Source of the DNA: Mogibacterium sp. | GTDB taxonomy: Bacteria > Bacillota > Clostridia > Peptostreptococcales > Anaerovoracaceae | Length of the DNA stretch: 64,000 bases | Assembly: GCF_016775335.1 (NCBI RefSeq) | Contig: NZ_JAEUGJ010000010.1 | Direction: 5' to 3' (one strand) | In this document: in pieces, positions 21,792 to 30,998 of the stretch | Layout: each line of letters begins with the position of its first letter | How positions within the stretch are numbered: the first letter of the stretch is position 1 | Made by a program: the position numbers and the translations under genes | Notes under the pieces: generated by a model | The model's input: the letters and a program-made list of their open reading frames with translations, nothing else | What the model was told of the DNA's origin: nothing | Databases searched by the model: none

Positions 21792-21936
21792 TATTAAACT
21801 CCTTTATACGATTACCACTTATCAACTCGAAGCTTAAAATGAATTGTTCAGGTTCGAGCTTATACACTCGAGTGGCATCACGTGTAGTTTCTTCTATATG
21901 TGGTGCTTTTTTTATCTTATCTTGAAGTATGCACAT
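21769..21936 (-). CDS. Small hypothetical protein, 55 aa (below the ORF-track cutoff), first gene of the islet
   Basis: Manual translation MCILQDKIKKAPHIEETTRDATRVYKLEPEQFILSFELISGNRIKEFNNEQKKLS; very strong RBS GGGGAGGTGA; overlaps the DUF4417 start by 23 nt. Confidence 0.55.
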   Translation of the reverse strand: MCILQDKIKKAPHIEETTRDATRVYKLEPEQFILSFELISGNRIKEFNNEQKKLS

Positions 21937-22102
21937 GGTAATCACCTCCCCTTTATAAGTGATTCGTGCTGCATTGACCTGTAATGAAGACAGCTATAAA
22001 TATGTATGATTTAATTATACATATCAAAGTTCAATCGCTGTATTTTTATGATACAATAAACATGTGTTCTATTTTAAGTCGGCCAAAATACAGAAGATAT
22101 TG

Positions 22103-22118
22103 TGTTTCACGTGAAACA
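22103..22118. promoter_or_regulatory. parS centromere site 2 (core of a 34-bp perfect palindrome, 22094-22127)
   Basis: AAGATATTG-TGTTTCACGTGAAACA-CAATATCTT. Confidence 0.93.
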
Positions 22119-22169
22119 CAATATCTTATTTCGTAACTTGTGGCATTGGGAAGAAAAAATACAATATAT

Positions 22170-22185
22170 TGTTTCACGTGAAACA
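22170..22185. promoter_or_regulatory. parS centromere site 3
   Basis: Perfect TGTTTCACGTGAAACA upstream of parA. Confidence 0.93.
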
Positions 22186-22308
22186 AAGAAAGAAAAAAGC
22201 GTGAAGATTCGGTGATATATGGCAATAGCGGGGGCTTAAAACTGGAAATAAAAGTGCTTTTATTATATAATAAACAGATGATTTTAATTACAGAAGGAAG
22301 GAAAATGA

Positions 22309-23079
22309 ATGGGAAAATCATACGCAATCTTTAATCAAAAGGGCGGTGTCGGGAAGACAACAACGAACATTAATCTGGGGGCCTGCCTGGCACGCAAAGG
22401 AAAGCGTGTGTTACTGGTGGATATCGATCCCCAGGGAAATACAACCAGCGGATTGGGACTGGTGAAAAGAGAACTTCGCGATACGCTTTATGAGGCGCTG
22501 ACCATGGAAGAGTACGACGTCCACAAGGCGGTGTACCATACCGAAACGAAAAACCTGGATATCATCCCGGCAAGTGTGGACTTGTCCGGTGCGGAGGTGG
22601 AACTGATTCAGATTTTCGGCAGAGAAATTTTGCTTCGGAATGTATTGGCGCAAGTGAAAGACGAATACGATTTTATTTTTATTGACTGCCCGCCATCTCT
22701 GGGACTGCTCACCGTGAACGCATTGGTGGCAGCGGATGGAGTAATCATTCCGATTCAGTGTGAATTCTACGCTTTGGAGGGCGTAAGTCAGCTGATGAAA
22801 ACGGTGGAATTGGTTCGCCGGGAGATGAACAGAAATCTTCAGATTACCGGGGTCATCCTCAGCATGTTCGACGGACGGACGAATCTGGGACTGCAGGTGG
22901 TGCAGGAGGTAAAAAGATTCTTTGGCAACAAGGTATTCAAGACCGTGATTCCGAAGAATGTTCGTCTGGCGGAGGCTCCGAGTTACGGACTTTCCATTGT
23001 GGATTATGACCCTTCGTCGAAGGGGGCCAAGGCATACAAGAAACTGGCCGATGAATTTGTACAGCGAGAAGGGAGATAA
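22309..23079 (+). CDS. parA: ParA/Soj chromosome partitioning ATPase
   Basis: NQKGGVGKTTT, DIDPQGN, IDCPPSLG. Confidence 0.97.
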   Translation: MGKSYAIFNQKGGVGKTTTNINLGACLARKGKRVLLVDIDPQGNTTSGLGLVKRELRDTLYEALTMEEYDVHKAVYHTETKNLDIIPASVDLSGAEVELIQIFGREILLRNVLAQVKDEYDFIFIDCPPSLGLLTVNALVAADGVIIPIQCEFYALEGVSQLMKTVELVRREMNRNLQITGVILSMFDGRTNLGLQVVQEVKRFFGNKVFKTVIPKNVRLAEAPSYGLSIVDYDPSSKGAKAYKKLADEFVQREGR

Positions 23080-23082
23080 TGA

Positions 23083-24003
23083 ATGGCATCAAAGAAAAGA
23101 GGACTGGGAAGAGGACTGGATGCACTCTTTGCAGATGCAGCACCGGTATTGGAAGAAGAGAATACCGCGGTGATAGATGAAGTGGTTGAGAAGGAAGAAG
23201 AAGCGGATTCCGGAGACCGGGTGCATTACATCGATATCGATGATATTAAACCAAACCCAAATCAGCCGAGAAAGAAATTCAACGTAAAGAGACTGGAGGA
23301 ACTGTCCCAATCCATTCAGGACAATGGCGTAATTCAGCCGCTGGTAGTACAGCGCAAGGGATCCAGCTACGAGCTGGTGGCCGGTGAACGGCGATGGAGA
23401 GCTTCCAGACTGGCAGGACTGAAGAAAGTTCCTTGCTTGATTCGGGAGTTCGACGAAAAGCAGAACTTGATTGTAACCATCATCGAGAATATGCAGCGAG
23501 AGGATTTGGACCCGATTGAAGAGGCTAACGGACTGCAGCAGATGATTCATAAATTCGGATTTACCCAGGAACAGGTATCCGAATCCCTGGGCAAGAGCCG
23601 GGCATATATCGCAAACTCCGTACGTCTTCTGAAGCTTCCGGAAGATGTTCAGAAAAAGGTGAGCGAAGGAAAGATTTCCGCGGCTCACGGAAGAACGCTT
23701 CTGTCGTTGGAGGATTCGAGAAAACAGCGGATGCTGGCGGAGCGAATTGAAAAGGAAGAACTTTCGGTGCGTACGGTGGAGGAAATCGTAAAGAAACTGA
23801 AAGAGGGCGGAAAGAAGGAACCGAAGAAGCCGGAAAAGACGAAGTCTTCTGAAATAATTACGGTAGAAAACGACCTGAGAGACTTAATCGGTACAAAGGT
23901 CTCCATCGTTCAGGGTAAGAAAAAGGGAAAAATCGAACTGGAATATTACAGCGTCGATGAATTGAACCGACTGATCGATCTTTTGAGAACGGTTGGGAAA
24001 TAG
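23083..24003 (+). CDS. parB: ParB/Spo0J partitioning protein
   Basis: GLGRGLDAL, PNPNQPR, AGERRWRA, ENMQREDL, HTH. Confidence 0.97.
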   Translation: MASKKRGLGRGLDALFADAAPVLEEENTAVIDEVVEKEEEADSGDRVHYIDIDDIKPNPNQPRKKFNVKRLEELSQSIQDNGVIQPLVVQRKGSSYELVAGERRWRASRLAGLKKVPCLIREFDEKQNLIVTIIENMQREDLDPIEEANGLQQMIHKFGFTQEQVSESLGKSRAYIANSVRLLKLPEDVQKKVSEGKISAAHGRTLLSLEDSRKQRMLAERIEKEELSVRTVEEIVKKLKEGGKKEPKKPEKTKSSEIITVENDLRDLIGTKVSIVQGKKKGKIELEYYSVDELNRLIDLLRTVGK

Positions 24004-24047
24004 TTTAAAGAAGAATTAAGGATAGAACAATAGACTGCGAGAATAAT

Positions 24048-25847
24048 ATGGAACAGATACAAGGAACAGAAAATTCAAGCGCAAACGAGTACTTGGCGGA
24101 TATCCCACTCCCCGCTTGCATACTGGCACCGGATGGATGTATCAAAGCAGCAAATGCACTGATGAAGGATGTATTTGCTTATGAAGGCATTGCGGAGCAG
24201 AATTTCTTTGCTCTGACCGGTGTAAAGAGAAAAGCATTGGTGGCCGCTGCTCGGGATGAAGAAGCCGACGAGATTGAAATTGAACGAAATTCTCAGTCCT
24301 TTGTCCTTCGGACGAACAACGACCCAAAGGACGATGAAGATATTTACGTGTACTTCATCAATGTGACGGAAAGGGATACCCTGCGGGAAGAGAGAAAGCA
24401 GGAGCAGGTGTGCATCCTGTACATTAGCATCGACAACTACGATGAGATGATGTCCAGCACAACGGAGGACAGCCGGCTGGCGGTTCCGACGGAAGTGGAT
24501 CGAATCGTTCGGAAATGGGCGGCGCAGTACGATGCTTCCATCGATTCCATCGAAGCGGATTCCTATATGATGACCGTGTATCGAAGAGATGCGGATCGGA
24601 TTATCGAAAGCCGTTTCTCCGTACTGGACGACGTGCGAAAAATCGATACGAAGGTGGATTTTCCGGTTAGCTTGAGCATCGGCATGGCTTTGGGAATGAA
24701 GTCCTTAAAGAATGCGAAGGAACTGGCCGAGGCTGCGTTGGAGTTGGCGCTGGGTCGTGGGGGAGACCAAGCGGTTGTAAAGAACGGGGACCGCACCCAT
24801 TACTACGGCGGAAAGCTGCAGTCTTTGGAGAAAAATAACAAGGGAAAATCCAGAATTATCGCTCATGCGTTGAAGCAACTGATTCTGGAGAGTTCGAAAA
24901 TCGTTATTATGGGCCATCGCTGGCCGGATATGGACTGCTTCGGTTCGGCCATCGGCGCATACAAGATTTGCCGGTATTACGAGCGAGATGCCTATATCGT
25001 AATCGACAATTACAACGAAGCCCTTCAAACCGTGTACACCCAGGCGGTGGAAACGGAGAACTACAATATCATTAACAGCGATAAGGCGAAGGAAATTCTG
25101 GATGAGAAAACCCTGGTCATCGTCGTGGATGCCAATCGCCCGAGCATGGTGGAGTGCAACGATATCCTGGAGAAAAACCTTCGGGTGGTTGTGGTGGATC
25201 ACCACCGCCTGTCCGACGATTCCATCGCCAATCCGACGCTGGCGTACATCGAATCCTACGCTTCTTCCGCCAGCGAATTGATGACGGAAATCATTCAGTA
25301 TACGGCAACCCGACGGATTGTGAACAAGTTCGAAGCGGAGACGCTGCTGGCCGGAATTACCGTGGACACCAACAGTTTTTCCAGCAAAACCGGCGTGCGG
25401 ACCTTCGAAGCGGCTGCATGGCTGCGGAGAGCCGGTGCGGACACATCGGAAGTAAAGCGGTTCTTCCAGAGCGAAGCCACCACCTTCCAGTCCAAAGCGG
25501 ATGCCATTGCCAATGCGGAGTACCTGGATAACGGCGTGGTAATCGCTACGTCCCAGGGCTATTCCACAGAAGCCCAGATCATCAATGCGCAAGTTGCGGA
25601 TTCGCTGCTTTCCGTAAAGGGTGTGCGTGCTGCAATCGCATTGGGCAAAAACGATATGAACAAGACCGTCATCAGTGCCCGGTCGCTGGGAGATGTGAAC
25701 GTGCAGATGTTGATGGAGCGCTTCGGTGGGGGAGGACATCACACGTCCGCCGGCGCACAAGTGGAGGAAAATCCGGAAGAAGTCATTGAACAGCTCAAAG
25801 AGATTTTACCGGAATTTACCGATGAAGATAACACAGAGGAGGAATAA
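24048..25847 (+). CDS. gdpP: GdpP-like c-di-AMP phosphodiesterase (PAS, degenerate GGDEF, DHH/DHHA1) without N-terminal TM helices
   Basis: ALGRGGDQAVVK, MGHRWPDMD, VDHHR, GGGGH; lies before rplI. Confidence 0.88.
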   Translation: MEQIQGTENSSANEYLADIPLPACILAPDGCIKAANALMKDVFAYEGIAEQNFFALTGVKRKALVAAARDEEADEIEIERNSQSFVLRTNNDPKDDEDIYVYFINVTERDTLREERKQEQVCILYISIDNYDEMMSSTTEDSRLAVPTEVDRIVRKWAAQYDASIDSIEADSYMMTVYRRDADRIIESRFSVLDDVRKIDTKVDFPVSLSIGMALGMKSLKNAKELAEAALELALGRGGDQAVVKNGDRTHYYGGKLQSLEKNNKGKSRIIAHALKQLILESSKIVIMGHRWPDMDCFGSAIGAYKICRYYERDAYIVIDNYNEALQTVYTQAVETENYNIINSDKAKEILDEKTLVIVVDANRPSMVECNDILEKNLRVVVVDHHRLSDDSIANPTLAYIESYASSASELMTEIIQYTATRRIVNKFEAETLLAGITVDTNSFSSKTGVRTFEAAAWLRRAGADTSEVKRFFQSEATTFQSKADAIANAEYLDNGVVIATSQGYSTEAQIINAQVADSLLSVKGVRAAIALGKNDMNKTVISARSLGDVNVQMLMERFGGGGHHTSAGAQVEENPEEVIEQLKEILPEFTDEDNTEEE

Positions 25848-25850
25848 GAC

Positions 25851-26297
25851 ATGTTAGTAATTCTGAAGAAAAACGTAAAAGGTACCGGAAAGGCCGGAGA
25901 TATTGTAAAAGTAAGTGACGGTTTTGCCAACAACCGGTTGATTCCGGCAGGCCTGGCAGTTCCGGCAACCAATCAGAACGTAAAGAGTGCGGAGAAGCAG
26001 AAGGCCTTCATCGAGAAGAAGAACGCGGAAGAAAAGGCTGCGGCAGAAGCAACGGCAAAGAAGCTGGAATCCAAGACGGTAACCATTAAGACCCGCGTGG
26101 GAGACAACGGCAAGCTGTTCGGTTCCATCACTTCCATGGACATCGCCGATGCCATCCAGAAGCAGGTTGGAAACAAAATCGACAAGAAGAAAATCGTTCT
26201 TTCCAAGCCGATTAAGGAAATTGGCGAACACACCGTAGAGGTGAAGCTGTATCCGGAAGTATCCGCAACCGTTAAGGTCGTTATTGCCGAAGAATAG
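25851..26297 (+). CDS. rplI: 50S ribosomal protein L9
   Basis: GKAGDIVKVSDGFANN, GKLFGSIT. Confidence 0.97.
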   Translation: MLVILKKNVKGTGKAGDIVKVSDGFANNRLIPAGLAVPATNQNVKSAEKQKAFIEKKNAEEKAAAEATAKKLESKTVTIKTRVGDNGKLFGSITSMDIADAIQKQVGNKIDKKKIVLSKPIKEIGEHTVEVKLYPEVSATVKVVIAEE

Positions 26298-26354
26298 AAT
26301 TATGCGGAAGTCTATATCGCGGAACTGTATATATAAGGATAGAAGAGACGAGAA

Positions 26355-27719
26355 ATGGCAGAAGAAAGGGAGATAACCACCAGTCTGGAACCGCCCCAGG
26401 ATATCGAGGCGGAAAAAGCCGTCCTGGGATCCATGCTTCAATCGGAAGATGCGGTGATGGACGTGACAGATCGGCTTCGCGCCGAGGATTTCTACCTGCG
26501 GGAACACCAGGAAATCTACAAGGCGTTTCAGGATCTGTGCCGAAGAAATGTTAATATCGATTTGAACACCACATACTCTCAGCTGCGGAGTCGTCACACG
26601 GCGGATTTCGTGGGAGGAATGGTGTACCTGAGCCGCCTATCGGATAATGCAATCGTTCCGGGAAATGCAAAGTACTATGCGGAAACCGTATTGGCAAAGT
26701 CCAACATGCGTCAGCTGATTAAAGAAGCGGACGAGATGCGGGCGCAGGCGTATGACGGGCAGAACTCTGCGGATATTATTTTGGATCACGCAGAGCAGCG
26801 CATTTTCGAAATCGCCCACAAAACCCAGAAAAGAAATTACACGGACATCAATGAGGTGCTGGTGGAAAACATCAAGCAGATTCAGGAGCTGGAACGGAAC
26901 AAGGGACAGCTCCCGGGAATTCCTACCGGATTCACGGATTTGGATAAGCTGCTGGGCGGTCTCCACAAGACGGATCTGATTATTCTGGCAGCCCGTCCGG
27001 GTATGGGTAAGACGGCTTTTGCGCTGAACCTGGCCGGAAATGCAGCGGCGGAGGGTGCCTCCGTCATTATTTTCAGCATGGAGATGTCCAAGGAACAGCT
27101 GGGCGAGCGTATGTTCGCAACGGCTGCTTCCGTAGAGATGGAGCATCTGAAGAGGGGAAACCTGACCCAGGATGAATGGATGAGCCTCAGCGAGGCCCAG
27201 GACAGCTTTGAAAACTGCAAAATCGTTATCGACGACACCTCGGATATTTCGGTTTTGGAAATTAAGAACAAATGCCGCCGACGGAAGGCGGAAGCGGGAC
27301 TGGACCTGATTGTCATCGACTATCTGCAGCTCATGAGCCAGCAGGGATTCAAGTCCGGCGACCGTGTAAACGAAATCAGTGCAATCACCCGTCAGATTAA
27401 GATTCTAGCGAAGGAACTGGATTGCGCGGTGATTCTGCTGTCTCAGTTATCTCGAGACATTGAAAAAAGACCGAATCACAAACCACAGCTTTCCGACTTG
27501 AGAGAATCCGGATCCATCGAGCAAGATGCGGATATCGTCATTTTTCTAAAGCGTGAAGATTACTATGCGGAAGACGACGATGAAGTGGATCTGAGCCGAC
27601 AGAGCAATACCTGCGAGGTGCATGTGGCAAAGCACAGAAGCGGATCCACGGGCGTCGTGGAGCTGGCATGGATTGGAAAATACACCAAGTTCGGAAATTT
27701 AGAAAGAAGCATACTGTAG
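26355..27719 (+). CDS. dnaB: Replicative DNA helicase (DnaB family; DnaC in Bacillus naming)
   Basis: AARPGMGKT, IDYLQLM, LSQLSR, SDLRESGSIEQDAD, AKHRSG. Confidence 0.97.
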   Translation: MAEEREITTSLEPPQDIEAEKAVLGSMLQSEDAVMDVTDRLRAEDFYLREHQEIYKAFQDLCRRNVNIDLNTTYSQLRSRHTADFVGGMVYLSRLSDNAIVPGNAKYYAETVLAKSNMRQLIKEADEMRAQAYDGQNSADIILDHAEQRIFEIAHKTQKRNYTDINEVLVENIKQIQELERNKGQLPGIPTGFTDLDKLLGGLHKTDLIILAARPGMGKTAFALNLAGNAAAEGASVIIFSMEMSKEQLGERMFATAASVEMEHLKRGNLTQDEWMSLSEAQDSFENCKIVIDDTSDISVLEIKNKCRRRKAEAGLDLIVIDYLQLMSQQGFKSGDRVNEISAITRQIKILAKELDCAVILLSQLSRDIEKRPNHKPQLSDLRESGSIEQDADIVIFLKREDYYAEDDDEVDLSRQSNTCEVHVAKHRSGSTGVVELAWIGKYTKFGNLERSIL

Positions 27720-27750
27720 GATTACAATATCAACACATAACAGGAGTACA

Positions 27751-29133
27751 ATGGCGAAGATAAGATTTAAAAAAATTAACACTCGAAATCCGCTGCTGTT
27801 CAGCACCAGCGTGGAGAACTTGTTCATCAGCGAACTGCTTCCGGCAGCTCCGGGAGAATACGTGAAGGTATACCTCTTTGGTCTGATGAATGCGGGTTTT
27901 GGCGGTGCGGAAGATATAAAAGTAACTTCCAACGTGCTGAATATGCCGGTGGAGGATATCGAAAAGGCGTGGGCCTACTGGGAAGATAAAGGCGCAGTGC
28001 AGCAGGTATACGACCCGGAAACCCGGTCCTATCGAATTGATTTTATCAGCCAGATCGAAGAGATATTCGGAACGCCGATGGAAGAGGCGAAGCCGGCAAA
28101 GGCAGCTTCGGTATCTCCGGAAGCAGCGCCGCAGGCCGCACCGGAAGCATCGGCCGAAAAGACGCCGGAGCAACTGATGGCGGAAGAAGTGGCGCGGCTG
28201 GAAGACCTGGAAATTCGGGCATTGTACACCAATTTGGAGGAGGCGAAGGGAAAGCCGATTTCCACGCAGGAAGCGAACAAAATCCGGGATACCATCAATA
28301 TTTACGGGGTGACACCGGATGTCTATTCCTATGCGATTCAATACTGCAGCGAGCTGGACAAGTACAGCGTGGACTATATTTCTAAGGTGGCAATCCGCTG
28401 GACGGAAGAGGGATGTCACGATATCGCTCAAGTAAAGGCTCTGCTGGATAGCCAGAGTAAAAGAAATTCCGAATACCACCGGATTTTCCAAGAGGTAGGT
28501 TTCAAGCGAAGCCCGAGTCCGGCCGACCGGGAGATGATGGATACCTGGCTGGATAGTTGGGGTTTTAAGATGAGCGAAATTTTAGATGCTTGTCGGACCA
28601 CCGCCGGAATGCGGGAACCATCCCTGCGCTATGTGAATCGCGTTTTGGAAAATAAGATGAAGGAAGCGGGGGGGATCGACACAAAGAAATCCTCGAAAGC
28701 TTCCGCAAACAACAGCGAAAAAGGGGACAGCTATCAGAAGACGGTCAGTCGGAGAGTGCTGGGCGCCTATTACGATTATATTCGAAACCAATCCGAGCTG
28801 GAGTACCAGGAGCATCTGGATGAAGCCCGGAAAATTCCGCAGATGGCCGATATTTTGACACTGGAAAGCGAGCTGAATAAGGCCATGATGACCTTTGAGT
28901 TCGGATCAAATATAAAAGAAAAGAAAAAGATTCAGATGGAGAAACGGAATAAACTGGAAAAGAAGAAGCGGGAATTGCTTCTTCAAAGCGGATATCCGGA
29001 AGACTATCTGGAGAAGAAGTATCGGTGCGAGAAGTGCAGGGATACCGGGATTACCGATGACGGACAGTTTTGCTCCTGCAAGAGACAGCGGATTGAAGAG
29101 GCATATGAATGGAATTTGAAAAGAAACCGATAG
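27751..29133 (+). CDS. DnaD-domain protein with a C-terminal Zn-binding region resembling the N-terminus of the clostridial helicase loader
   Basis: TSVENLFISELLPAAPGEYVKVYL N-terminus; two DnaB_2-like repeats (YISKVAIRW, YVNRVLEN); C-terminal GYPEDYL...YRCEKCRDTG...CSC. Confidence 0.8.
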   Translation: MAKIRFKKINTRNPLLFSTSVENLFISELLPAAPGEYVKVYLFGLMNAGFGGAEDIKVTSNVLNMPVEDIEKAWAYWEDKGAVQQVYDPETRSYRIDFISQIEEIFGTPMEEAKPAKAASVSPEAAPQAAPEASAEKTPEQLMAEEVARLEDLEIRALYTNLEEAKGKPISTQEANKIRDTINIYGVTPDVYSYAIQYCSELDKYSVDYISKVAIRWTEEGCHDIAQVKALLDSQSKRNSEYHRIFQEVGFKRSPSPADREMMDTWLDSWGFKMSEILDACRTTAGMREPSLRYVNRVLENKMKEAGGIDTKKSSKASANNSEKGDSYQKTVSRRVLGAYYDYIRNQSELEYQEHLDEARKIPQMADILTLESELNKAMMTFEFGSNIKEKKKIQMEKRNKLEKKKRELLLQSGYPEDYLEKKYRCEKCRDTGITDDGQFCSCKRQRIEEAYEWNLKRNR

Positions 29134-30983
29134 ACAACATGAATGAGAATAACCGAATGCCGGAAACGGTGAATCCGGAGGAGAATATAGAGGAAGAAAA
29201 ATCCTCAAAAGAAAAAAAGAGAGAAGAAAAGAACGCGAAGAAAGAAGCGGCTGCCAGAAAAAAGGCGGAAGCGAAAGCGAAGAAAGCGGCGGAAGCGGAG
29301 GCAAAGGCTGCGGAGAAGAGAAAGAAAAAGGCGGCAAAGAAGGCGACAAAAGAAGGAAAAATCACTCTGGGAAAAATCATCGTGGATGAAGCTGCGGATG
29401 TGATTTCCACCCATGACCGCATTCAGGCTTCCGTGGATCGTTTTTTCGCCGCCATGAAGTACAGCTTGGTTTATGAGATGAATGACGCCCGGATCCGCTA
29501 TAAACACAACGCCACCGGAATGCTTACCGCATTCTTTGGCACTATCGTCATCATTTGCTCTATGCTTCTTGTTTTTGACCATGAAACATCCTATCAATAT
29601 TCCTATAACGGTAGAATTCTTGGATACGTCGATGACCAGGAGCAGGTGTACAATATTTTGAATATCGCCGGGGAGAAACTGTCCAAGGTAAACGATGCAA
29701 AGATTCGTTTCAAGGTGGGACAGAATATTACCTTTAAGAAGGTGTCCAGCTCCAACAAAGATATCAATACCGCCGACCAGGCGCTGAACAAGCTCACCTA
29801 TATGACGGAAATTGACGTGGTGGGCTACGGAATCTACGAAAAAGACCGCCTGTTGGCTGTGGTGGAATCCAAGAGCGTTGCCGACAAGGTGCTGGATGAC
29901 GTGGTAAATTACTACCGGACGCCGGATAAAGGAATGCAGCTTCAGAAAATCGGATTTAAGCATCACGTCGAGGTGAAGCCGGTGAACGTCATGCTCACCA
30001 GCGTGATGACTCGAAATGAAGCGGAGGACATTCTGGAAAACGGCGGAAAGATGTCCTTGCAGCACATCGTGATGGAAGATGAGGATACCGAGAAGCTGAA
30101 GGAAATCTACAGTGCGGACAATCAAGAAATTCGGGTCATCGGTCAGAGCGATTCCAATCGAGACGAGGAAGAAGCGGACACCACGGAAAAGGGCGACAAG
30201 AATGTCAGCAAGGGTGAAAAAACAGATGCGGCTACCGCACTGTCTGCCGTTACGGCTTCCATTCGAACACCGGAGTCGGGAGACAAAATCGAAATCGACC
30301 GAAAGGTGGAACCGATTACCGTAGAGATGACGGAAGACGGCACCATGTCGGAGGTCATCAAATACAAGACCATCGAAAAGAAGACCAAGGAAATGTACCG
30401 AGGCGACCGAGAAGTTACCCAGAAGGGTGTGAACGGAAGACAGATTATCACCGGTACCGTGGTATATCAGAACGGCAAGGAAGTAAAACGAGACATTCGA
30501 GACCAGGAAGTGCTCAAGAAGTCTGTGGACAAAGTGGTTCTGGTGGGTACCAACGACAAGCCGAAGTGGTATCCGACCGGTCATTACATTATTCCGGTGA
30601 AGAATGAAGTCATTACTTCTTACTTCGGATCCAGATGGGGAAGAATCCACGGCGGACTGGACTTCGGTATGCCGATCGGAACGCCAATCTACGCTTCCGA
30701 CGGCGGAACCGTCACCCGGGCAAGTTACTTTGCGGGCTACGGTCTGTGCGTAGAGGTGACCCACAACAACGGCACCTTCACCCGGTACGGACACTGCAGT
30801 GCTGTGAAGTGCAAGGTGGGCGATAAGGTTGCCCAGGGTCAGAAGATTGCTCTGGTAGGAAATACCGGAAACAGTACCGGACCGCACCTGCACTTTGAGA
30901 TTCACCCGCACGGCGGCGAATATGTGGATCCATATCCGTATCTGTACGGCAGTAATAAGGGAAATCAGCTGAATAACGAGTAG
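29109..30983 (+). CDS. Membrane-anchored M23 peptidase with G5 domain
   Basis: K/A/E-rich N-terminus, one TM segment, G5-like QKGVNG...VVLVGT, M23 motifs HGGLD and STGPHLHFE. Exact start uncertain. Confidence 0.88.
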   Translation: MEFEKKPIDNMNENNRMPETVNPEENIEEEKSSKEKKREEKNAKKEAAARKKAEAKAKKAAEAEAKAAEKRKKKAAKKATKEGKITLGKIIVDEAADVISTHDRIQASVDRFFAAMKYSLVYEMNDARIRYKHNATGMLTAFFGTIVIICSMLLVFDHETSYQYSYNGRILGYVDDQEQVYNILNIAGEKLSKVNDAKIRFKVGQNITFKKVSSSNKDINTADQALNKLTYMTEIDVVGYGIYEKDRLLAVVESKSVADKVLDDVVNYYRTPDKGMQLQKIGFKHHVEVKPVNVMLTSVMTRNEAEDILENGGKMSLQHIVMEDEDTEKLKEIYSADNQEIRVIGQSDSNRDEEEADTTEKGDKNVSKGEKTDAATALSAVTASIRTPESGDKIEIDRKVEPITVEMTEDGTMSEVIKYKTIEKKTKEMYRGDREVTQKGVNGRQIITGTVVYQNGKEVKRDIRDQEVLKKSVDKVVLVGTNDKPKWYPTGHYIIPVKNEVITSYFGSRWGRIHGGLDFGMPIGTPIYASDGGTVTRASYFAGYGLCVEVTHNNGTFTRYGHCSAVKCKVGDKVAQGQKIALVGNTGNSTGPHLHFEIHPHGGEYVDPYPYLYGSNKGNQLNNE

Positions 30984-30998
30984 AGAGGTGTTTTCTGA

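Noticed and set aside
20230..22050. Intact prophage, IS or ICE
   Set aside because: No integrase, transposase, structural or conjugation genes; reported only as an islet.
29200..29360. Tandem DNA repeat in the M23 gene
   Set aside because: Low-complexity Lys/Ala/Glu coding sequence without a discrete repeat unit.
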